Assembly (NCBI GenBank): GCA_013285655.1
Contig: JABDHI010000005.1
Coordinates: forward strand, 217-64,216
DNA: 64,000 bases
Source: Bacteroidota bacterium
GTDB taxonomy: Bacteria > Bacteroidota > Bacteroidia > JABEUT01
Direction of reading: 5' to 3'
The position numbers were made by a program, and so were the translations under genes. This document shows, piece by piece, positions 40,211-48,218 of this stretch; position 1 is the first letter of the stretch; each line of letters begins with the position of its first letter. Below the pieces are notes generated by a model that saw nothing but the letters and a program-made list of their open reading frames with translations, did no database searches and had not been told where the DNA came from.

Positions 40211-41412
40211 TTTTGAGTAACAATTACCTTTTTAGTATCTATTTCACTTCCATCAACCATTAAAGTATAATAATACATACCTGCCAGCAACCCACCACTG
40301 GGTATACTTACACTTTGTTCTTCTTTCCCATTAATAGAAACTGTTTTCTTTAGCGTACCATTCATGTCAAACACTAATAAATTTGCATTGTTACTACTAT
40401 TAGGTACGTAACACTGGAACGTAGTGTTTTGATTTGCGGGACAAGATTTACATGGATATAATTTTGCTTCCTTTCCTCCATCTACAGAATTTGTATTGAA
40501 ATTTGCACCTGTTTGCTTATTATTTGAGCTAGTTAGGCTATCCACTTTATGTTGAAGATCGTTTATTTTAACATCCTCTTGTTTAATAGCTTCTACCAAT
40601 AGGCCAATCATATTACTATATGCAATGGTTTTTATACCATTATCGTTGGTGGTTACAACTTCAGGCACAATTCTTTCTACAGCTTGTGCAATGAGCCCCA
40701 TTTGCCTTTTACGCATTATACCATTCTGTTTTAAATTATAGGTTACACCTTGCAAGCGTAGTACTTTACTTAACGCATTCGGAATATTAGTGACATGTTC
40801 TTTTAAGGTAGAATCACTTATAGTGTTCCAGCCATATGAATATGCCTGACCATTTCCATAAACGTAAAACTCGTCCTGCCCACCATTTTTTACTGCCCAG
40901 GCTTTAGTGGTGGTGTTATTTACCCAGTTAATACCCGAGTAAATATTATTGGAACTAGTATTCGAGTATATATCAAACGGCGATGCATTCAGGCCTCCAT
41001 TAACCTGTAATCTCGCTCCATTATCAATAGACGAATCAATTATCAGGTTATGATTTGGCATAAGCATTAAAATGGCTTTACCATTGGTGGCAAAGGCAAT
41101 GGTGTTTAAAGCAGGATGGAATATGCCTGATAAAGTATCGCCCCACCAGGTATAATCTGGTGTGGTTTGTGTTGAAAATATGTTTACCCCTTTAATATAT
41201 GCCGATGATGTAATTGCCCCAGTGCTTTTCGAAAAAAGGGAATTACCTATTACTTGCAACTCTATATTGGTTGGTGGCTGGGTTATACTACCAGCAGATA
41301 TGCTACCATTTGAATAGAGTTTTAATTGTGCATTAGAAATGCCACAAATTAAAAACAAACCAATTGCTGTAATTAATGGCTTAGGAATAGGTAATGCCTT
41401 AATGGTTTTCAT
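40207..41412 (-). CDS. Secreted tail-fibre-like protein with peptidase S74 intramolecular chaperone domain and CTD-like C-terminus
   Basis: Signal peptide; SDSTLKEHV...LQGVTYN...MGLIAQAVERIVPEVV...LLVEAIKQ; coiled coil; GMYYYTLMVDG...KKVIV. Confidence 0.85.
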   Translation of the reverse strand: MKTIKALPIPKPLITAIGLFLICGISNAQLKLYSNGSISAGSITQPPTNIELQVIGNSLFSKSTGAITSSAYIKGVNIFSTQTTPDYTWWGDTLSGIFHPALNTIAFATNGKAILMLMPNHNLIIDSSIDNGARLQVNGGLNASPFDIYSNTSSNNIYSGINWVNNTTTKAWAVKNGGQDEFYVYGNGQAYSYGWNTISDSTLKEHVTNIPNALSKVLRLQGVTYNLKQNGIMRKRQMGLIAQAVERIVPEVVTTNDNGIKTIAYSNMIGLLVEAIKQEDVKINDLQHKVDSLTSSNNKQTGANFNTNSVDGGKEAKLYPCKSCPANQNTTFQCYVPNSSNNANLLVFDMNGTLKKTVSINGKEEQSVSIPSGGLLAGMYYYTLMVDGSEIDTKKVIVTQN

Positions 41413-41580
41413 TTAATGAAGTATTAATGTTCTGTAAGTGCCTATAACGCGCTAAGAACAAGTTAATTGTATTATGTTCTATGCAAATGTACCTTTTTGA
41501 TTCTATTGTTCCAATTAGTCAATAACCCAGAATTACTAAAAATCAGTAATTTTATTCGAATTATCAGGCATTTAGTTTCA

Positions 41581-42375
41581 ATGAAGAACTTTATATTACT
41601 TATACCTTACTATAATAATTTTGAAGGCTTAATCACTTCATTAAAAAGCATCAACTACTCAAAAGATAAGTTTGAGGTGTTAATAGTGGATGATGGCAGT
41701 AAGATAAAGCTAGATGAAGAATCAGTAAGAGTCTTGTTTCCAGAAGTTATTATTAATGTATTATCTCTCAGTCAAAATAGTGGCATTGCAATTGCACTTA
41801 ATAAAGGGTTGGAAGAGTTACATACGCGAACAGATTATATATACATAGCCCGATTAGATTGCGGAGATACTTGTCACCCAAACCGCTTTACTGAGCAAGT
41901 TAAATTTTTAGATGAGAATACAGATATTTATTTACTGGGTACTTGGTGTGAATTTACTGATTCAACGACCGGGAAAAGTTATTTATATAAAACAAAAACC
42001 AAGCATGAGGATATTATAAAAGAAATGCATTTTAAGTGTTCCTTCATTCATCCCACGGTTATGTTTCGAAAAGAGGTACTTGATTTTATTGGCTACTATC
42101 CTGAAAACTATCCCCATGCCGAAGACTACGCCTATTTCTGGGAAATAATAAGACAATTTAAAGGCGCATTATTACCTGAGTTATTAGTGAATATTACTGC
42201 CAACATGCAGACAATATCGGCATCAAATTATAAAGAGCAAATCATATCGAGGATTAAGGTTATTAAGGCCTTTGGAACTAAACCACTTTTGATTACTTAT
42301 GGAGTAATTATTAGTAGAGTTAGAGCGATAATTCCTTATGGTTTAATCCTCAAAATGAAGCTTCTTTTAAAATAG
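41581..42375 (+). CDS. GT2 glycosyltransferase
   Basis: LIPYYNN, IVDDGS, GIAIALNKG, ARLDCGD, HPTVMFR, AEDY; ATG at 41581 preferred. Confidence 0.9.
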   Translation: MKNFILLIPYYNNFEGLITSLKSINYSKDKFEVLIVDDGSKIKLDEESVRVLFPEVIINVLSLSQNSGIAIALNKGLEELHTRTDYIYIARLDCGDTCHPNRFTEQVKFLDENTDIYLLGTWCEFTDSTTGKSYLYKTKTKHEDIIKEMHFKCSFIHPTVMFRKEVLDFIGYYPENYPHAEDYAYFWEIIRQFKGALLPELLVNITANMQTISASNYKEQIISRIKVIKAFGTKPLLITYGVIISRVRAIIPYGLILKMKLLLK

Positions 42376-42385
42376 TAATTACGCC

Positions 42386-43657
42386 TTAGCTTCTCCAATC
42401 CATTAGTACATCTATCCCATCCACATCAAATACCGGAATATTATGCACTTTCATTATCATGTTACGCTCTTGAAAAGCATTATCTATAAATATAGCCTTG
42501 TTATTTTTTACAAAATCAGCTTTAATTTCATGAGGCTTTAGATGAATAATCTCATTAAACAAGTTTTCTGTAATAGCAAATGTCTTCATTGTTTGAACAA
42601 GCTCATTTTGATGTTTGGTAATCAAAATCACCTTTTTGCCTATATTTTTACACTGGTACAAAAACCAAATTGCTTTAAGGTTTACTTTATTGTTTATTAT
42701 TAATGTATCATCAAAATCAAAGTATACAGTATCATATTCATAATCTATCTTATATCGTGAAATCAATGTTCTATCTACTACAACCCTATAACTATTGGGG
42801 TGTACTTCAATATCATACCCTAAAGCAACGTAAACACTTAATAACGGCAAGTTAACACCCCGTGCTCTAGTTAAACACATTGTACCCGCACAGCGGGTTG
42901 AAATTTCCAATAATTTCCACTTGCCTTCTTCATCCCTCTTTATCTGAAACCACCAAAGCCCCATAAAAGACAATTCACCATTTATCTTTTGAGCAATATT
43001 CTCAATTTCAGGTGTAAGCTTCTCTATTTTACCAGCCACTGATATACCAGCCATTATTCGTTGGCGAGACCGGGGAGAGGCAAATGACAATTTGCCATTT
43101 TTATCAGTTAGGCAATCTACCGTATACTCTTCACCTGGTAAATACTCACAAATCACATAATCAGTTAAATTAATATCAGCTATATCCTTAGCATTTTTTA
43201 TTAATTTAGCTCCTACGCTACCCTGTCCCTGCTTCGGCTTTATAAATAATGGGTAAGTGGTTATTTCCGTGTAAACTTGCGGAACAAAATCATGACTATT
43301 AAATGTACTGTATGTTTTTTCTTTATCACGACATATTGCTGAAGTTTTTTTATCTGCAGTTATAATTTTGGCTTTTATTTTTTCCTGATTATCAGCAAAA
43401 AATGCTGCAATAGTATCATGGGTTGGAAATATCAGTTCAATTTCGTTAGTGGCGAGTAAAGCATTAAACTTTTCAAAAAAATCTTTATCTGTTATCATTG
43501 GAGCATTACGTATGTAATTCTCGAAAACATATTCTCCATGCCTGTCAATTGAAGAAGCTCCAAATAATTTAATATTTACGCAAGTTGATAAAGCATCATG
43601 CAGTTCAATTGAGTTTATCTCCCCTGCTGGGTATACCAAAACTTTTATCTGACTCAT
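42386..43657 (-). CDS. ATP-grasp ligase fused to a C-terminal HAD-like domain
   Basis: FIKPKQGQGSVG, CEYLPGEEYTVD, LLEISTR; HAD motif YFDFDDTL and FIDN. Confidence 0.85.
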   Translation of the reverse strand: MSQIKVLVYPAGEINSIELHDALSTCVNIKLFGASSIDRHGEYVFENYIRNAPMITDKDFFEKFNALLATNEIELIFPTHDTIAAFFADNQEKIKAKIITADKKTSAICRDKEKTYSTFNSHDFVPQVYTEITTYPLFIKPKQGQGSVGAKLIKNAKDIADINLTDYVICEYLPGEEYTVDCLTDKNGKLSFASPRSRQRIMAGISVAGKIEKLTPEIENIAQKINGELSFMGLWWFQIKRDEEGKWKLLEISTRCAGTMCLTRARGVNLPLLSVYVALGYDIEVHPNSYRVVVDRTLISRYKIDYEYDTVYFDFDDTLIINNKVNLKAIWFLYQCKNIGKKVILITKHQNELVQTMKTFAITENLFNEIIHLKPHEIKADFVKNNKAIFIDNAFQERNMIMKVHNIPVFDVDGIDVLMDWRS

Positions 43658-44595
43658 ATTATTCCTAAAATAAATTTCATTTCTTCTAAGCCATACCTTT
43701 GGTCAATGGGGATAGGTATCAGGTAGTTTTTCAAATACAATTCAAAAGAACCTTCATCACAATATTTTTCAAGTTCTGGCCAATAAGTCGCCACATATAC
43801 TCTACGTTCAATTAATTTTTTACGCAGCTCCTTATTTTTCAGAAGAAATGGATAAACTAATGGAACGTCATCTTTAGCCATATCAATTTTCAATTCATTA
43901 TCATCCCAAAGATTATCATGAAGAAAAGAGAAGTTCTCCATCCTAATTTTTCTTGTATTACTATAATTAATATTAGACATTAGAGCTTGAGTCAGTTTTG
44001 ACATGTGCTTAATAGGCTGGCCGATAAGTGAATTATCATTACGCTGAAAATCAGGGTATCCCTCAGTTGCAGGCAAGTCATATCTTTTAAGCAAATGCGA
44101 ACATCTGTCAATTGAAATATCCTCTTCAAACTTATCGTCCAACTCCTTATCACAACGGAGTATGCCTCCGTCAGGCAATCCAAAAAACTTACGTGGGCTA
44201 TAAAATGATGCTATTCCCTTTTTTAAAGAATAAAACGACTGAGCACTATCTACAATTACATTGGTATACTTTCCAATCAACCGCTCAACCACATTCCCAC
44301 AAACGCCAAAATAATTATTATATAAAACAAACTTATTTTGTTTCATTTCGCCATCAATATCCATTGAAGGGTTAAGTTTCTCATCAATTGAGTAGAATAT
44401 TACTTTACAATTTTCTTCTGCAAGCGCTTCGAAAACAACCGGACACGTATATCTAGGAACCAACATCTCCCTTATGCCATAAGCTCGAATAATATAGCGT
44501 AACGCATTTCGTCCCGAATTAAGCTTAATTGCCCTATCATGGTATTCAGGAGATCCAAAAGACTCGAGTTCAAAATATCCGCCGATTTCTTTCAT
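43654..44595 (-). CDS. DegT/DnrJ-like PLP-dependent protein (short type)
   Basis: EIGGYFELE, NSGRNAL, PRYTCPVV, NYFG, DSAQ, SPRKFFGLPDGG, PIDQRY. Confidence 0.8.
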   Translation of the reverse strand: MKEIGGYFELESFGSPEYHDRAIKLNSGRNALRYIIRAYGIREMLVPRYTCPVVFEALAEENCKVIFYSIDEKLNPSMDIDGEMKQNKFVLYNNYFGVCGNVVERLIGKYTNVIVDSAQSFYSLKKGIASFYSPRKFFGLPDGGILRCDKELDDKFEEDISIDRCSHLLKRYDLPATEGYPDFQRNDNSLIGQPIKHMSKLTQALMSNINYSNTRKIRMENFSFLHDNLWDDNELKIDMAKDDVPLVYPFLLKNKELRKKLIERRVYVATYWPELEKYCDEGSFELYLKNYLIPIPIDQRYGLEEMKFILGII

Positions 44596-44839
44596 TTTTA
44601 CTCAAAAAAAATACATAAATCCTTTCTTCCAATTTATTTCACCAAAATTCATTGATAAGTAGGTTAAATACAAAGATAATAACTAAAACATATTGAATCT
44701 TACGTAATTCGAGAATATAAAAGGTAGTTTAAGCAAGATGATTTTGAGTGCAATTATAGAAAATCCCTCCATAATATAACTAAACCAACTATATTTGAAT
44801 AGTCCGTCTATTTATAAAAATACTTGATATTTTATTAGT

Positions 44840-45547
44840 ATGAGAGTAGGTATAATGCAACCTTATTTTTTTCCTTATCTGGGTTACTTCAGTTTGATAA
44901 GAAACTCAGATAAATGGATTTTTTTTGATACCCCACAGTATATTCGTCATGGATGGGTAAACAGGAATAGAGTATTAAAACCTGTTGAAGGATGGCAATA
45001 TATTACAGTCCCCCTAAAAAAACATGAGAGAGATGCCACTATTAAGGACATAATAACAAATGACATTGAAGATTGGAAACTAAAAATCATAAGACAACTA
45101 GAGCATTATAAAAAATTTGCACCATTTTATACACAAACAATTCAGTTAATCGAAAAATGTTTTTCTACTTCAACTACTAGTTTATCTGAAGTAAACATTG
45201 CAAGCACTCAAGAAATTTGTCGCTATTTGGATATAGAATGTAATTCTGAAGTTTTCTCCAAGATGAATCTTTCAATAGATACTGTTTCGGCTCCTGATGA
45301 ATGGGCATTAAATATATGTAAAGCAATAGGCGCCACTCAATATATTAATCCGCCCGGAGGGCTCGATTTTTTCGATAAAAACAAATACACTTCACAAAAT
45401 ATTGATATCAAATTTCTTGAAGTTAATACCGCTCTTTATCAACAAGGTAAAAGGGAATTCATTTCTAACTTGTCTATAATTGACGTGATAATGTTTAATG
45501 ATATAACCAAAATACATAGCTATTTAGATGATTACAAGCTAATATAA
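44840..45547 (+). CDS. wbqC: WbqC-family protein
   Basis: IMQPYFFPYLGYF, WVNRNR, YINPPGG, LSIIDV. Confidence 0.92.
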   Translation: MRVGIMQPYFFPYLGYFSLIRNSDKWIFFDTPQYIRHGWVNRNRVLKPVEGWQYITVPLKKHERDATIKDIITNDIEDWKLKIIRQLEHYKKFAPFYTQTIQLIEKCFSTSTTSLSEVNIASTQEICRYLDIECNSEVFSKMNLSIDTVSAPDEWALNICKAIGATQYINPPGGLDFFDKNKYTSQNIDIKFLEVNTALYQQGKREFISNLSIIDVIMFNDITKIHSYLDDYKLI

Positions 45548-45627
45548 AACCACAAAAACTAATCATAAATAGAATAATAGGGCTTTATTTATGGGACTAA
45601 AAACAACCCTCAATCCGAAAAATAAAG

Positions 45628-46698
45628 ATGAAAAACCTTATTGCTGCTAAAATTAAACGAAATATATTTCCTTGTTATCCTGACGATAATTACGCACTTC
45701 CCAGTTTAAAAAAAGATTATACATTCTTAAACCTTTCTCTCTATTTGAAAGGGAAACTAAACAAATATTTAAAAAAATCTGAGGGAGCGGAAAGCGCAAA
45801 TAAATTATTATCTTGTTGGGATATTGATGGATTTAGTTTAACATATGACATGTTATCAGACTCAAGATCAAAAGATCAAATGGTTGATATTCTTGCATTT
45901 AAAATGCTAGGCCATAAAAATTATAAATTACAATTCCCTATTGAGGATTTTTATAATTTATTACAAAAGATCACTAGTTGCAAAACATCCGAAACAATAA
46001 GTCCAAATAAATTGGCTTTACATTTGTATGATTTAAATAAAATGGGAACCGGCCTTAAAGTTTTTTTCCATGATCCCGAATCAGTATATCTTTCTATTCT
46101 TGCAAATCAATATGGATATGCGGACGCTAACTTTGCTGTAAAGGAAGGAGACTATGTAATTGATGGAGGGTGTTTTTATGGAGACACGGCATTAGTTTTT
46201 GCCAATAAAACAGGCGCAACGGGTAAGGTTTTTTCATTTGAATTTGTTAATGATAACATAAAAGTGTTCGAAAATAATATGAGGGTTAACCCTCAACTTA
46301 ATAAATCTATTTTTTTGAATAAATATGCATTGTGGAATTGCTCCAATGAGGTATTAACATTCCAGGAAAATGGACCAGCTACACGCATAGATAATTCAAA
46401 GACCAGCCCAACAATATCGGTTAAAACAAAATCAATTGATGATTTTGTAAAAGAAAATGACATTAAAAAAATTGACTTTATAAAGCTAGATATAGAAGGG
46501 GCTGAACTAAAGTGCCTGCAAGGTGCGCAAAACACTATAAAAAAATACAAGCCGAAATTAGCTGTTTGTGTTTATCACAAAGATTATGACATGATTGAAA
46601 TTCCACAATACATAAAGCAATTGGTACCTGAATACAAGTTATTTTTGAAACACCATACAACATCATATGGTGAAACTGTGCTATACTGCATGTTATAG
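45628..46698 (+). CDS. FkbM-family methyltransferase
   Basis: VIDGGCFYGD, VFSFE, IDFIKLDIEGAE, PKLAVCVYH. Confidence 0.93.
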   Translation: MKNLIAAKIKRNIFPCYPDDNYALPSLKKDYTFLNLSLYLKGKLNKYLKKSEGAESANKLLSCWDIDGFSLTYDMLSDSRSKDQMVDILAFKMLGHKNYKLQFPIEDFYNLLQKITSCKTSETISPNKLALHLYDLNKMGTGLKVFFHDPESVYLSILANQYGYADANFAVKEGDYVIDGGCFYGDTALVFANKTGATGKVFSFEFVNDNIKVFENNMRVNPQLNKSIFLNKYALWNCSNEVLTFQENGPATRIDNSKTSPTISVKTKSIDDFVKENDIKKIDFIKLDIEGAELKCLQGAQNTIKKYKPKLAVCVYHKDYDMIEIPQYIKQLVPEYKLFLKHHTTSYGETVLYCML

Positions 46699-46890
46699 TT
46701 GCTTATTACCATCATAGGCTATATTGGCTCTTGAAAATATATACCCTGCGTTTTATTAATTATCTAAAATGAAACCTGAAGTTATAATAGTGCTATCAAA
46801 AAAATCATAACTTTGTTGCCGTTGAGAAAAGAAGCGTTAAGCCACTTTTTTACTGAATTCGTTCTTAATTTAGCATACTGAAATAAGTAT

Positions 46891-46964
46891 GCCAGCGTAG
46901 CTCAGCTGGCTAGAGCGACTGATTTGTAATCAGTAGGTCAGGGGTTCGAGTCCCTTCGCTGGCT
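46891..46964 (+). tRNA. tRNA-Thr(TGT)
   Basis: Acceptor GCCAGCG/CGCTGGC, anticodon arm ACTGA-TT-TGT-AA-TCAGT, T loop GTTCGAG; upstream -7 TAACTTTG at 46808-46815. Confidence 0.97.
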
Positions 46965-47117
46965 CAGCAGAGTCAAAACAATTAACAACTAATTTTAGCC
47001 AAATAATTACTTGGCTTGTACTAGCTAAATTGCTTTAATAATGCTACATCACCTGCTTATAAAACAAACTCGCCAAAGTAATTGCGCATTATTACCCCTA
47101 TATAAAATAGGAGCCGA

Positions 47118-48218
47118 TTACTGTTTTATTTGTAATGTATCCCTAATAATTTGGGAAATTTTCTTTACATTACCGCTACCCAATTCAACATATAGCGGTA
47201 GGCATGCTATCCGAAGGGAAATATCTTCAGATATTGGGCATGATTCTCCATTAACATAATTGATTGTGTTAAGACTTGGGTAGAAATAACGCCTGCTAAA
47301 TATATTTTTGTCACCTAATGCCTTAAACACTCTTAACAATTCGTTTTCACTCTTAAATAACACAGGATAATACGAATAATTATATACTAAATTAGCCTGT
47401 ACTTTAGGTCGACCAACTAGTCCATGTAATTCTTTATCATACAAATCACATAGTTTTTTCCTGGTTTCCATTGCCTTTTGTATATATTCCAAATTACAAA
47501 GCCCCATAGCTGCCTGAAACTCACTTGCTTTTGCATTAATACCTAATATTAAATGTTCGTCAAGGTTGTGGCCAAACCGCTTTTGAAGATCTAATTTATG
47601 CGATATGCTTTTATCTTTAACGATACAAGCTCCCCCTTCAATAGTGTGAAAAAGCTTTGTTGCATGAAATGAAAGCGTAGAAATATCACCATAGGAGGCC
47701 AATGAACGCCCTTTATATACAGATCCAAAAGAGTGGGCTCCATCATAAATAACTTTAAGTTTATGCTTTCTGGCAATTCTTTCAATTGTTTCCACATCAC
47801 AAGCATAACCAAACACATGAACAGCTAAAATTGCTTTGGTTTTCTTTGTAATTTTTGCTTCAATTTTTTTAACATCAATTGTATAATTATCAGGCTCTAT
47901 ATCTACAAAAACGGGCTTACACCTACCCCAGATTATACTCGAACAAGTTGCTACGTATGAAAAAGGCGTAGTTATTATTTCGCCATCATAAATATCAAGA
48001 GCGGTTAAAGCAAGCTGAAGCGCAAGTGTGCCATTAGTCAAAAAGTGAAAATGCTCAACCTTCAAATATGCTTTCAGTTTGCTTTCCAGCTCTAACAGTA
48101 GTGGGCCCTGATTAGTTAAATGCGAATTGGCATAAATTATGTCAATATATTTCTTGTATTCCTTAATAGGGGGCAAAAAGGCTTTTGTAACATTTATCTT
48201 ATTGCTTTTCTTTTTCAT
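47118..48218 (-). CDS. DegT-family NDP-sugar aminotransferase (VioA-like)
   Basis: LTNQGP, NGTLAL, TPFSYVAT, DGAHSFG, SFHATKLFHTIEGG, RRYFYPSL. Confidence 0.92.
   Translation of the reverse strand: MKKKSNKINVTKAFLPPIKEYKKYIDIIYANSHLTNQGPLLLELESKLKAYLKVEHFHFLTNGTLALQLALTALDIYDGEIITTPFSYVATCSSIIWGRCKPVFVDIEPDNYTIDVKKIEAKITKKTKAILAVHVFGYACDVETIERIARKHKLKVIYDGAHSFGSVYKGRSLASYGDISTLSFHATKLFHTIEGGACIVKDKSISHKLDLQKRFGHNLDEHLILGINAKASEFQAAMGLCNLEYIQKAMETRKKLCDLYDKELHGLVGRPKVQANLVYNYSYYPVLFKSENELLRVFKALGDKNIFSRRYFYPSLNTINYVNGESCPISEDISLRIACLPLYVELGSGNVKKISQIIRDTLQIKQ

Noticed and set aside
40207-41412. Tail-fibre domain as evidence of a prophage
   Set aside because: It has a signal peptide and CTD-like tail, and no other phage genes are nearby.
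41467-41580. Extended N-terminus of the GT2 in the ORF track (similarly 32703, 32972 and 35615 starts)
   Set aside because: The extensions overlap promoter or terminator elements or precede a better start; downstream ATGs give proper domain starts or signal peptides.
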